A stretch of DNA of 33,835 nt from an uncultured Anaerolineales bacterium (GCA_964402205.1 CAYOBT010000001.1:1-33835), one strand, 5' to 3'. Shown: positions 25,151 to 33,835, counted from the first letter of the stretch. A program made the numbers and translations. Notes: generated by a model from the sequence alone, not told the origin.

Positions 25151-28100
25151 AGCGAAGCGTAGAGGATCTTGGAACGCCTTAGCTCGTTGGCTGCTTGGGC
25201 TCCTTCGCCGACGGTCTCTAGCAAGGCCGCCAGCTCCTCGTGCGACTCTGCCAGGTTCAGCTGGTCGCCATGATCGTCATACACCGATATGGCGTGGCGT
25301 AGGTAGCGCTCTGCCACCTCCCAGCGATTCTGCCTGCTTGCGATGCGCGCATACACACGATCGACATCGGCGATCCCCTGCTCGAATCCGATGAGAGAGA
25401 ACCGACGCGACGCCTTGGCACAGTGCTCTCTTGCTTCCGTCACGTTCCCAAGCGCTTCACACGATTCGGCCATGTGCAGATGCGCCAATCCCTCCTCTCG
25501 GACGTCACCCACCTGTTCGAGCCGTTCGAGCGCCTCCTCGTGAATGGCGATGGCCTCGTCATAGCGCCCCATGGCCTGGTAGCAGAAACCCATATTGCTG
25601 AGCCCACGTACCACGTCCAGCGGCATCCCTGCCGTGGAAAAGGTCGTGACGCTATCCCGAAACAGCTCAATGGCCATTTCGGGTTCGCCCCGGGCATGCT
25701 CCACGATGCCAAGGTTCCCCAGGATTCGGGCTTTGGGTACAGGCAGATCGTACGCGTCGGCCCTTTCTAGAGCTCTCCTCAGGAGCGCCAGCGCGTCTTC
25801 CCAGTTGCCCTGCTCGAAGGCAAAGTAGCCCTTGCGTTGCAGTGCACCCACCTCCGTGATCGAAACGCCATGCCGCAACGCCAGCTGCAGAGCCTCCTCA
25901 ATCAAGGCAGACGCCTCTGCCCAGGCACCGGCACGTCCGCGCAAAGCTCCCTGCTCTAGCAGAATAGCCCCTTCGGCACGCACGTCGCCGAGGGCGCTGG
26001 CTTCCTTGAGCGCTTGCGCGTATGCATCCCAGGCCCGCTCCTGTTGCCCCAGAGTGGCCAGAAGGCCAGCGTATCGCTGACGCATCTGCAAGGCCTGCTC
26101 GGGTGAGGCAACGTTTGCCGGCAGAGCTTCTGCCAACTCCAGTGCTCGGCCTAGGTGCGCAGCGGCCTCGGCCGGCGCGAGCGCGGCCTCTGCGGCATCT
26201 GCGGCCTGGAGCGCGTACTGGTAACCCCTGGCTGCGTCGCCCGCTTCGTAGAAATGCCGAGCCAAGTCATAAACGCTGACGCTCTCGCCGCCAGCGTTAC
26301 GCTCCTCAAGAAGCTCTCCCACCATCAGATGCATCTCGCTCAAGAGGGGCGCGGGAACGCTTTCATAGATGACCTCGCGCACCTTGTTGTGCGCAAAGCC
26401 AAAGCCAGCGGCAGAGGATACGAGAAGCGCGTGCTCGTCTTGGAGCGTGCGCAACTGTCGCAACACACTCAAGCGACGTCCGCCGGCTAGATCGGCCAGA
26501 AGCGGCGCATCGAGTCTAGGGCCAGCTACCGCAGCCCACTCGAGCAGCTCTCTCTCATTGCGCCCGGTGCGTGCCAGTCGCCTTTCGACCAGGTCGACGA
26601 TCGATCGAGGAATCTCCAGATTCTCGAGGAGGGCGCCCATCTCCCAGTGATCGCCCACGCGTTCCAGATCACCCTGATCTTGCAGCAGTCGCAGTGTCTC
26701 CAAGAGGTAGAAGGGATTGCCCTCAGACTCTCGATAGAGGATGCGAGCGAACTCTGGCTCTAGTCCCTCGGCGTGCAAGGCCGAGCCCACCAGCAGCTCG
26801 AGGTCTTCCTCCTTCAGCCGATCTAGCATGATCTCGCTGTAGAGCTTCTCGCGGCTCATCCGCCGGAGCACTTCTGCCAACGGACTCTCTTCTCCCGAAT
26901 CACCGGTCAAAGGCTCATCGGTACGATAGAGGCCAAGCAGCATGACACGCTGCCCACGGATGGCCCTGGCAAGATGGTGCAAGAGCTGCAGGGTGGCCAT
27001 GCTAGCCCACTGGAGATCGTCGAGCACCACCAGCACTGGGCGCTGACGAGCGATGGTTCCCAGGAATCGCGCCAGCGTCTGGAAGAGCTTCATCTGGGCG
27101 TCAAGCGGCGCGGCCGCATGCCACCAATCCGGGATGCCGGGGCCGTCCGGCTCGAGCCCGAGCACCTGTCGAGCCGCCCCCAGCGCAGCCTCGACGTCTC
27201 TCTCGAGCTCGCCGAGGACGGCCCATGTCGTGCTTCTACCGCGGCCTTGGCCGAACGCTTCGACGATCTCGGCGACAGGCGCATAGGGATCCGGCGCGTC
27301 GCTGTAGAGGCATGCTCCCCACAAGACCAGCACGTTCTTGCGTCGCGCCACGGCTTCGAGTTCGCGTGCTAGCCTCGTCTTGCCAATGCCCGCCTCGCCG
27401 GCAAGCATCACGGCCGTTCCCGACCCTGCCACGGCCTTGTCCAAAGCATCGATCAGCGACTGTCGCTCCTCGGCGCGCCCCGCCAGCGGCAGCGACGACA
27501 CACCGAGTTCACCGGTCTCAAGGCCAGACGATGCTTCGTCGAGCTGGATGCCAGCCTGCGCATGTGCGCCATCCTCTTGCGGCCCGCTCTCTAGCAAGTC
27601 TGTAAGGACTGCCAGGATGTCATCGGCGGAGTCATAGCGTCGACCGCGATCCTTGGCCAAGAGGCGCATCACGATCCGCTCCACTTTGGCGGGAACGTCG
27701 ATGCCTTGAGCAGCAAGCGGCTGAGGCTCCTCGTTGAGATGCTTGTAGATGACCGCCACCGCCGAATCGCCGACGAATGGCGGCTTGCCCGCCAGCATCT
27801 CGTAGAAGACGGCCCCCAGCGAATAGAGATCGCTTCGGGCATCCACAGCCCTGCCAAGGGCCTGTTCTGGCGAAAGATAGAGAACCGTGCCCATCACCGT
27901 GCCGGTGCGCGTCATGGCGGACACATCCGTCAGGTGCGCCAAGCCAAAGTCCGTCAGCTTGGCACGCCCCTCCTCGTCGAACAGAATGTTTCCCGGCTTG
28001 ATATCGCGGTGGATGATCCCCTGCTCGTGGGCCAGGGCAAGCGCCGAAGCTACTTGCTTCACAATGCGGCAAGCCTCATGCCAGGGCATCCGTTCGCCCT

Positions 28101-28389
28101 GGAGGCGCTCTCGCAAGCTCCCGCCACGCACGAGCTCCATGACAATATAGCGCTGACCCGACTCTTCGCCTGCATCATAGAGCCCGACTATGTGGGGATG
28201 GCGCAGCCTCCCCAAGGCGCGCGCCTCTCGCACAAAGCGCGCAACCATCTCGGGCTCTGCTCGCTCACTCAGCACCTTGACAGCGACCTCGCGGCCCCGC
28301 GATCGATCCAAGGCACGGTAGACCTCGGCCGCGCCGCCGAGGCCGAGAAGCTCGAGCATCTCCAGTTTCGCCACGCTCGGACCTATCAT
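25105..28389 (-). CDS. Hanks-type Ser/Thr protein kinase fused to a P-loop (AAA_16/STAND-like) ATPase and a TPR array, 1094 aa
   Basis: Kinase: GLGGAAEVY, VAVKVL, HRDIKPGNILF, DFG, SPE. P-loop GEAGIGKT at residues 331-338, Walker B-like VLVVLDDLQWA. The C-terminal half is TPR-like repeats. No HTH output is seen. Confidence 0.9.
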   Translation of the reverse strand: MIGPSVAKLEMLELLGLGGAAEVYRALDRSRGREVAVKVLSERAEPEMVARFVREARALGRLRHPHIVGLYDAGEESGQRYIVMELVRGGSLRERLQGERMPWHEACRIVKQVASALALAHEQGIIHRDIKPGNILFDEEGRAKLTDFGLAHLTDVSAMTRTGTVMGTVLYLSPEQALGRAVDARSDLYSLGAVFYEMLAGKPPFVGDSAVAVIYKHLNEEPQPLAAQGIDVPAKVERIVMRLLAKDRGRRYDSADDILAVLTDLLESGPQEDGAHAQAGIQLDEASSGLETGELGVSSLPLAGRAEERQSLIDALDKAVAGSGTAVMLAGEAGIGKTRLARELEAVARRKNVLVLWGACLYSDAPDPYAPVAEIVEAFGQGRGRSTTWAVLGELERDVEAALGAARQVLGLEPDGPGIPDWWHAAAPLDAQMKLFQTLARFLGTIARQRPVLVVLDDLQWASMATLQLLHHLARAIRGQRVMLLGLYRTDEPLTGDSGEESPLAEVLRRMSREKLYSEIMLDRLKEEDLELLVGSALHAEGLEPEFARILYRESEGNPFYLLETLRLLQDQGDLERVGDHWEMGALLENLEIPRSIVDLVERRLARTGRNERELLEWAAVAGPRLDAPLLADLAGGRRLSVLRQLRTLQDEHALLVSSAAGFGFAHNKVREVIYESVPAPLLSEMHLMVGELLEERNAGGESVSVYDLARHFYEAGDAARGYQYALQAADAAEAALAPAEAAAHLGRALELAEALPANVASPEQALQMRQRYAGLLATLGQQERAWDAYAQALKEASALGDVRAEGAILLEQGALRGRAGAWAEASALIEEALQLALRHGVSITEVGALQRKGYFAFEQGNWEDALALLRRALERADAYDLPVPKARILGNLGIVEHARGEPEMAIELFRDSVTTFSTAGMPLDVVRGLSNMGFCYQAMGRYDEAIAIHEEALERLEQVGDVREEGLAHLHMAESCEALGNVTEAREHCAKASRRFSLIGFEQGIADVDRVYARIASRQNRWEVAERYLRHAISVYDDHGDQLNLAESHEELAALLETVGEGAQAANELRRSKILYASLHGNGESSEDASPGG

Positions 28390-28486
28390 GGCGTTCCCAA
28401 ACCTTGGAGCTTATGAGGTGGTGGCAAGCCGCTCACGGATGGCCAGCAAGGCATCGAAACGGATCGTACCGGTGACATAGGCGATC

Positions 28487-29866
28487 TCACCCTATCAAGT
28501 CGTAAGGGAGCTTGACGGTAAACTCGCTTCCCTCGCCGAGGGACGAGCTGACGCTGATCTCGCCTCGGTGTCCCTCCACAATGCTCTTTGTCACCGAGAG
28601 GCCGAGACCGATCCCATTCTCTTTGGTGGTGAAAAACGGCTCAAAGAGCTTCTCCCGCTGCTCGTCATCGATCCCGCACCCCGTGTCCTCCACCTGAAAG
28701 ACCACCCACTCGCCGTCGGCGTCCGCCGTTCTGGCCGTAAGCGTCCCGCCGTCCGGCATGGCCTGCACAGCGTTCCCGACGAGGTTCACGAGAACCTGCT
28801 GGATCTGGTCGGCATCGGCGCTGATGGAAGCGAGATCCGGTGCAAGGTCCTTGATGACCGTTACCGACTCGGGCATCTCCACCCGTAGAAGCGTCTCGCC
28901 GACCAGTGCGTTCATGTCCACCCTAGAGAGGCGCCGTGGTCGGTTCCTAGAGAAGTAGAGCAGGTCGTTGATGATCTTGTTCTGCCGATCGATCTCCCCA
29001 TCCAGCTTGGCGAAATAGCGCCGAAGGGTGTCTGGATCCTGTTCCTCATCGCTAGAGACGACCCGATCGAGAAAGTACAGAGCGTTCCGCATCACCATCA
29101 ACGGGTTCCGCAGCTCGTGCGCCACGCTAGCAGCGAGTCTACCGACAGCAGCCAAGCGTTCCGCCTGGACGAGCTGATCCTGCGTCTCGCGCAGAGTCTC
29201 CAGGGCCCGCTGGAGCCGTTCGTTGCTCTGCTGCACATCATCTAGCAACCGCGCGCCACGAATAGCCATGGCAGCCAGGCTACCCATGGCTCGCAAAAGC
29301 GCGAGCTCGGACTCGCCGAACGGGCGCTCGGAGAGACGCGTATCCACATAGATAGCGCCCTGCAGCTCTCCGCGTGCCACGAGTGGCACAGCCAGCACAG
29401 ACCGAATCTGCTGCGTCACAATGCTCTTGGTGAGCTCAAAGCGGTCGTCCTTCTGGATGTTGGTAGTGAGAATCGCTTTCCGCTCGCGCAGCACCTTCTG
29501 CACCAGGCTATGGCTAAACGCCTCGTCAGTGGCCTCCACCTCGCCCGCGGAGAACCGCCGTGCCGCGCCAAGACGGTAAGAGCCATCAACCTCGGTCAGC
29601 ACGACGAATCCGCGGTCAGCGCCTACCAACACGATAGCTCTGTCTATGATCGACTCCAAGAGCTCGGCCAGATCGGTGACGGCGACAAGCTCCTGGGCCA
29701 CCGCGTACAAGGAGGCCAGCTCCTCCCGCTGTCGCTCCGTATCGGCCACCTGGGCGCGCAGACCGGCAACCAGCCGCATCATCTCATCGGCAGTGCCGAG
29801 ACCTTTTCCCCCCAAACGTTCGAACTCATCGTACAGAACATCAAGCTGGTCTCTGACGTCTGTCAT
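28487..29866 (-). CDS. cytoplasmic GAF-domain sensor histidine kinase
   Basis: No TM segment is evident. It has an N-terminal coiled coil, a GAF-like region (DRGFVVL...LAVPLVARGELQGAIYVD), the H-box SVAHELRNPL, the N-box LVNLVGNAVQA, and G-boxes DTGCGI / GIGLGLS. Confidence 0.9.
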   Translation of the reverse strand: MTDVRDQLDVLYDEFERLGGKGLGTADEMMRLVAGLRAQVADTERQREELASLYAVAQELVAVTDLAELLESIIDRAIVLVGADRGFVVLTEVDGSYRLGAARRFSAGEVEATDEAFSHSLVQKVLRERKAILTTNIQKDDRFELTKSIVTQQIRSVLAVPLVARGELQGAIYVDTRLSERPFGESELALLRAMGSLAAMAIRGARLLDDVQQSNERLQRALETLRETQDQLVQAERLAAVGRLAASVAHELRNPLMVMRNALYFLDRVVSSDEEQDPDTLRRYFAKLDGEIDRQNKIINDLLYFSRNRPRRLSRVDMNALVGETLLRVEMPESVTVIKDLAPDLASISADADQIQQVLVNLVGNAVQAMPDGGTLTARTADADGEWVVFQVEDTGCGIDDEQREKLFEPFFTTKENGIGLGLSVTKSIVEGHRGEISVSSSLGEGSEFTVKLPYDLIG

Positions 29867-29899
29867 GAACCCTCCCCGCTCTCCATGCCGCGCGTCTCG

Positions 29900-30274
29900 T
29901 CAGTCATCGGCCCGGGCGGGCACCATCAGCAACGGCAAGAACGAGGCTACGTCGAGCGGTTTGCGAAAGACCGCCTCGGCCCCGGCCTCCATCGCACGCC
30001 GGGCCAAGTCCCCAGCCTCAAAGCCAGTGATCATGACGACTCGCAGGTCTGGCAGGACTGCCTTCATGGCTTCGAGCGTCTCGACGCCGTCCATGCCTGG
30101 CATACGAATGTCCAGCAGTGCAAAATCAAAGGCCTGCTTGCCGCAGAGCGCCACCGCCTGCTCTCCGTCAGGGGCTACCTCTACCGAGAATCCTTCTAGG
30201 GCCAAGATATCGCCCATGGTTTCGCGGATACCCGGATCGTCGTCCACCACTAGAACGCGAGGCCTCTTGGGCAT
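29900..30274 (-). CDS. stand-alone CheY-like response regulator receiver
   Basis: All canonical residues are present: VLVVDDD, ALLDIRMPGMDG, VVMITG, FRKP. At 124 aa it has no output domain. SD GAAGGAGGG lies upstream. Confidence 0.9.
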   Translation of the reverse strand: MPKRPRVLVVDDDPGIRETMGDILALEGFSVEVAPDGEQAVALCGKQAFDFALLDIRMPGMDGVETLEAMKAVLPDLRVVMITGFEAGDLARRAMEAGAEAVFRKPLDVASFLPLLMVPARADD

Positions 30275-30314
30275 GGGTGTGGACCCTCCTTCTCAGACGA
30301 TACGTCACAATGCG

Positions 30315-30323
30315 ATTCTAGCA
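30315..30323 (-). promoter_or_regulatory. possible extended -10 promoter (TGcTAGAAT) for the receiver/HK unit
   Basis: Minus strand reads gccgTGcTAGAATcgca, about 40 nt upstream of ATG 30274. No good -35 box. Confidence 0.3.
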
Positions 30324-30387
30324 CGGCGACCTCAGTACGACGTTAACACCGAGTAAATTGGCTGCTCGGGACGCTCCAGGCAGGCAC

Positions 30388-30415
30388 TTGCCAAGCCATG
30401 CCCCTCGCGTAGACT
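30388..30415 (+). promoter_or_regulatory. putative promoter TTGCCA-16-TAGACT for the S8 protease
   Basis: TTGCCA at 30388-30393 and TAGACT at 30410-30415, about 50 nt upstream of ATG 30467 (SD GGAG). Confidence 0.35.
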
Positions 30416-30466
30416 CTTACCCAGTCTGGTCAGTGCCGCATCCAAGGGTCTCTGTCCGGAGCACAC

Positions 30467-33163
30467 ATGGCACGAATCCGCACCATGGTTAGGGTTGCAA
30501 CGATAGCGGCGATAGCCTTCTGCCTGGTCGCCATGCCGTTTGACCGTGACGTGGCAGCCGCTTCGCTAGATACTCAGCAGTCGATGGTCGCCGCTCTAGA
30601 TCCCGAACTCCTCCAAGCCTTTTCGGACGCCCCAGATGGTCAAGCGACATTCATCGTCCGGCTTGCGGACCAGCCCGACCTCGGCGATGTCGGCGACGCT
30701 CCCTTGTCCGTCCGTCGCGCGTCTACCGTCAGTCTCCTGCAAGCACATGCCGCTCGCACGCAACCTCCCCTGCGCGAGATGCTGGATCAGTGGCAGCAGC
30801 AAGGCCTCATCGAAAGCTACAAGAGCTACTGGATCTTTAGCGGGTTCGCGGTTCGCGGCGTTCGGCGAGCAGCGGAGGCATTAGTCAGCCATCCTGCCGT
30901 GAGCTCGGTACGCCTGAACCGTCTCATCCCGCTGGATACGTCTCCCGCCTCTAGTGCCGAGCCTGAAGCCCAGACGCTGGCCTGGGGTCTCAGCAAGATC
31001 GGTGCGCCCAAGGTGTGGGATACATACGGGGTCCGCGGGGAGGGCATCGTCGTCGCCAACATCGACACCGGAGTGGATTGGACCCATCCTGCCCTTCAGA
31101 CCCGCTACCGTGGCTGGGATCCCGTCTCGCCACAGCACGACCATCACTGGATAGACGTCACGCCCACCATAGCGCCCTCTCTGGAGCCCGAGGACTTGCA
31201 GGGGCATGGCACGCACACCATGGGCACCATGATCGGATCGGATCCCGAGACGGACACATGGATTGGAGTGGCTCCCGACGCCCAGTGGGTGGCGGTCGAA
31301 GCGTTCTACTGGGACAGTGATCACGGCTGGATATCCGACGAAGCCACGCTTCACTCGGCCCTCCAATGGTGCATGGCTCCCACCGATCGCAACGGTGGGA
31401 ACCCGGATCCCGCGCTGGCGCCGGATGTGATCAACAACTCTTGGGGGGACTCGGATGGCACGCTGGACATCTTCCGCGACGATGTCCTAGCCCTCCGAGC
31501 CGCGGGCATCTTTGCCACCTTTTCGGCGGGCAACGATGGCCCGTACACCTCCACGATGGGTGCCCCGGCGAGCTACCCAGAGGCCTTTGCCGTCGGAGCT
31601 ACTGCCAGCAGCGATGCCATCGCATTCTACTCGAGCCGAGGTCCTTCTCCCTTTGACGGCAGCCTGAAACCGGACATCAGCGCACCAGGCACGAGCGTCT
31701 ACTCGTCTTACCTCGGCCACGCTTACCAATCCATCAGCGGGACCTCTATGGCGGCGCCGCATGTGGCGGGCCTAGCCGCGCTCCTCTGGTCCGCCGATCG
31801 CTCCTACCACGCGGCCGCCCCAGGGGCCGGCCAAGATGCCAATCCAACGCTTACCGTCACCAATACGGAGCAGCTCATCATGGATACCGCCAGGGACCTT
31901 GGCGATCCCGGAGCGGACCACGCCTACGGAAATGGTCGGATTGACGCCTTTGATGCGGTGCACGAACTCGTCGGGCTCGGCTGGTTGGCGGGATCGGTCA
32001 GAGACGGTGCCTCGGACGATCCGCTCGCGGAGGTCATCCTCACGCTTCAGGCCTCGGCGACCGGGGCCGTCACCGAGACGTTGACCGGCTCGGGCGGCAG
32101 CTTTGCGATGCAGCTTCCGCCGAGCGCCTATACCATGACAGTGTCGCATCCAGAGCATCCAATGGACACTCTCGTACGGACGACCGTGACGCGCGACGTC
32201 ACGACGAGCGTGACCGTCACGCTCCACGCCACCATGCTCCGGGGCCAGATCATCGCCGGGACGCCCGCCGAGCCAGTGACGACGGCACGTGTGCGGCTGG
32301 CCAACTCGGCATTCTCAACCACAGTCGACGCCACAGGCCATTACACCATGCTCGTCTCGCCAGGCACCCGCTCCATCGAGGTGCTACCCGGCCAAGCAGG
32401 TCTACGGGGGGCGCGTCAGCCTGTCGTCATCCCCGGTGGAACGACCACTTACACCTATAGCGTAGCGCTCGATGATGCTTCGAAGGTGCTGGTCGTCCAT
32501 GCCGACGTCTGGGCTGGCGAGGACGGCTCGCTCTACTACCGCGACGCCCTAGACAGCGCCCTCTGGGGCTTTGACGAGCGGAGGATCGCCACAAGACCTG
32601 ACGACATCCCAACCTTGACCGAGCTTCTCTCCTATGATGCCGTCATCTGGAGCCATCCCTCGCTCTCGCCCAGCGCTCTGGGAGCCTGGAACGCGCTGGA
32701 AGCCTACCTGAAAGCCGGAGGCCGTCTGTTGGTGAGCGGCCAGAGCGTTGCCGCTACCGACGACACAGGAGCGCAGGGGCCCATCCAGACCCTGCTGCAC
32801 GCCACGGACGGAACACCGGCAGAGGGCCAGATCATCGAGGGCGCGGTCCCGGGGCCCCTAGCAGGCCTGACCGCTATCGCCAATGAGCCCGACAGTGCCA
32901 CAAACCAACTCGCCCTCTCGAGCCTGTCGCCCGTAGATGGCTGGGCATGGCCTCTGGCAACCGACACCAATGGCGGCTACCTTGCCGTCGGCTCCCGAAC
33001 ACCGAACGCTGCAACAGCGCTGCTATCGTTTGGCTTGGAGGGCGTTGGACCGATCGACGCGCGCGCAGCCTACCTAGACAGGTTGCTCGATTGGCTCGTC
33101 GGCCCCACCCCCGAGAAGCGGGCGTATCTGGCTCTCCTATCGCGCCTCAGCGAGCGGTTCTAG
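30467..33163 (+). CDS. secreted subtilisin-like S8 peptidase with I9 propeptide, two beta-sandwich domains and an unassigned C-terminal domain
   Basis: Signal peptide MARIRTMVRVATIAAIAFCLVAMP. I9-like propeptide (ATFIVRL...SYKSYWIFSGFAV). Catalytic triad motifs: D200 (NIDTGVD), H247 (HGTHTMGT), S427 (SGTSMAAPHVAG). Residues from about 505 to 668 resemble two carboxypeptidase-regulatory-like repeats. Confidence 0.9.
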   Translation: MARIRTMVRVATIAAIAFCLVAMPFDRDVAAASLDTQQSMVAALDPELLQAFSDAPDGQATFIVRLADQPDLGDVGDAPLSVRRASTVSLLQAHAARTQPPLREMLDQWQQQGLIESYKSYWIFSGFAVRGVRRAAEALVSHPAVSSVRLNRLIPLDTSPASSAEPEAQTLAWGLSKIGAPKVWDTYGVRGEGIVVANIDTGVDWTHPALQTRYRGWDPVSPQHDHHWIDVTPTIAPSLEPEDLQGHGTHTMGTMIGSDPETDTWIGVAPDAQWVAVEAFYWDSDHGWISDEATLHSALQWCMAPTDRNGGNPDPALAPDVINNSWGDSDGTLDIFRDDVLALRAAGIFATFSAGNDGPYTSTMGAPASYPEAFAVGATASSDAIAFYSSRGPSPFDGSLKPDISAPGTSVYSSYLGHAYQSISGTSMAAPHVAGLAALLWSADRSYHAAAPGAGQDANPTLTVTNTEQLIMDTARDLGDPGADHAYGNGRIDAFDAVHELVGLGWLAGSVRDGASDDPLAEVILTLQASATGAVTETLTGSGGSFAMQLPPSAYTMTVSHPEHPMDTLVRTTVTRDVTTSVTVTLHATMLRGQIIAGTPAEPVTTARVRLANSAFSTTVDATGHYTMLVSPGTRSIEVLPGQAGLRGARQPVVIPGGTTTYTYSVALDDASKVLVVHADVWAGEDGSLYYRDALDSALWGFDERRIATRPDDIPTLTELLSYDAVIWSHPSLSPSALGAWNALEAYLKAGGRLLVSGQSVAATDDTGAQGPIQTLLHATDGTPAEGQIIEGAVPGPLAGLTAIANEPDSATNQLALSSLSPVDGWAWPLATDTNGGYLAVGSRTPNAATALLSFGLEGVGPIDARAAYLDRLLDWLVGPTPEKRAYLALLSRLSERF

Positions 33164-33197
33164 CCTGATACCACTGGTTTGGCCAAAGCGCAGCGGT

Positions 33198-33225
33198 TTG
33201 ACGCAACCTTTACCATCTGTAGAAT
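33198..33225 (+). promoter_or_regulatory. putative promoter TTGACG-16-TAGAAT
   Basis: TTGACG at 33198-33203 and TAGAAT at 33220-33225, about 40 nt upstream of ATG 33262. Confidence 0.45.
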
Positions 33226-33240
33226 GCGCCCATCGCATTC
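33222..33240. promoter_or_regulatory. 7-bp inverted repeat GAATGCG-N5-CGCATTC overlapping the -10 box/TSS
   Basis: GAATGCG (33222-33228), cccat, CGCATTC (33234-33240). Either an operator or a 5'-end hairpin candidate. Confidence 0.3.
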
Positions 33241-33261
33241 GCGTCGAGCCAAGGAGACGCC

Positions 33262-33835
33262 ATGGCGCGCGGCCCTCTTCTCCCCCATCGTCCTAGCATG
33301 CGCCGTCTCAGAAGATGGTTCATCCCGTTAGCGTTGCTTGCCGCTCTGACACTCGGGCGCCCGCTTCTCGCCCTCGGCCCTACTCCCATCCAAGCTGTCT
33401 ATGACGAGCGAAACTCTCTCAGAAAGGCCAGCGTCCGCTGGCCAGCGTTCATCACTACGACCCAAGCGGTCGACACGAACAGCAACACGATCAAGTTCCA
33501 GTGGGACGCGGGGCTCCCAGTGGATGAGTGGATCCTCGATCTGGGCGTCGTTTGGGAGACGGGAGAGGTCCGCGGGACCATGTCCGGAAGCGCCAGCCTC
33601 GGCGATCGCGTATCGCAGCTCTACGAGAGGTGCTGGGCATCGCATGCTGGAGAGTGCTCGGGCACAGCCGATTTCTCAGGAACCATCGTTGAGGGGCACG
33701 CAGAGCCCTATGGAGACAAAGGCCAGTGGCGCGTTTGCTTTGTCGTAGAGGGCACGATCGACCTCAAGGGCGAGATCTCGCACCTTCGGCGGCCTTGGAC
33801 CGAAGGACTGGCGGGCGATGGAACACCCATCCCCG
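33262..33835 (+). CDS. hypothetical secreted protein, C-terminus beyond window edge
   Basis: The frame is open from ATG 33262 (SD AAGGAG 6 nt upstream) to the window end, by my own translation: MARGPLLPHRPSMRRLRRWFIPLALLAALTLGRPLLALGPTPIQA... A signal-peptide-like N-terminus is followed by a Cys-containing soluble region. It is not in the ORF track because it has no stop. No family recognised. Confidence 0.6.
   Translation, partial: MARGPLLPHRPSMRRLRRWFIPLALLAALTLGRPLLALGPTPIQAVYDERNSLRKASVRWPAFITTTQAVDTNSNTIKFQWDAGLPVDEWILDLGVVWETGEVRGTMSGSASLGDRVSQLYERCWASHAGECSGTADFSGTIVEGHAEPYGDKGQWRVCFVVEGTIDLKGEISHLRRPWTEGLAGDGTPIP

Noticed and set aside
28390-28486. Two short frames in the HK-kinase spacer: a 26-codon frame with no start (GEIAYVTGTIRFDALLAIRERLATTS) and a 29-codon ATG ORF ending in an ATGA overlap with the kinase start
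   Set aside because: They are too short. The first has no usable start codon and the second has no SD. They could be a gene remnant or chance, and this cannot be supported from sequence alone.
29510-30356. Plus-strand ORFs of 229 and 236 aa overlapping the HK and receiver genes
   Set aside because: They are antisense shadow ORFs with no motifs. The minus-strand genes carry complete HK and receiver signatures.
33178-33187. 10-nt palindrome TTTGGCCAAA upstream of the 33198 promoter
   Set aside because: It has no loop, so it is not a hairpin. It is a single short occurrence and could be chance, with nothing to tie it to a regulator.
1-33835. Search for CRISPR arrays, tRNA/rRNA genes, IS elements, integrases and long direct or tandem repeats
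   Set aside because: Visual inspection of the intergenic regions found none. The longest gaps are about 300, 190 and 170 nt, and promoters and leaders account for them. A computational scan (tRNAscan-SE, Infernal/Rfam, repeat finders) would be needed for certainty.

Overview
High-GC bacterial chromosomal window. Gene content and protein style suggest a Chloroflexota/Thermomicrobia-like or other high-GC lineage, but that is inference only. I support 31 protein-coding genes. I saw no rRNA, tRNA, CRISPR array, transposase or integrase. Layout from left to right: (1) Minus strand: partial glycerate 2-kinase, an orphan excisionase-family HTH gene, a Gfo/Idh/MocA oxidoreductase, an OmpR-type regulator with a degenerate receiver, an AEC transporter and a TauE/SafE exporter. 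(2) tyrS, two unknown membrane proteins, a tRNA-dihydrouridine synthase, and a small operon of two NifX/NifB-like proteins plus a GNAT. (3) A roughly 10.5 kb single-strand, tightly coupled envelope-glycan unit: ResB-like, CcsA-like, udk, three GT4 glycosyltransferases, a 1080-aa O-antigen-ligase/TPR protein and a WecA-type transferase, followed by a DedA/YqaA-like gene. (4) A parvulin lipoprotein - MBL hydrolase - folP - folK operon. (5) A signalling block of CheY-like receiver, soluble GAF histidine kinase and a 1094-aa Ser/Thr-kinase/P-loop/TPR protein, divergent from a secreted S8 protease, then a partial secreted protein. AT-rich hexamers stand out against the GC-rich background, and I could read about a dozen near-consensus sigma-70-type promoters (TTGACx-16/17-TAnAnT), two of them apparently leaderless. 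I see no obvious defence island or mobile element. The best candidates for something undescribed are the degenerate ResB/CcsA-like pair inside the glycan operon, the output-less receiver/HK/STAND-kinase block, and the NifX-like/GNAT operon with a palindromic operator. All functional calls rest on motif recognition by eye; no database search was run.
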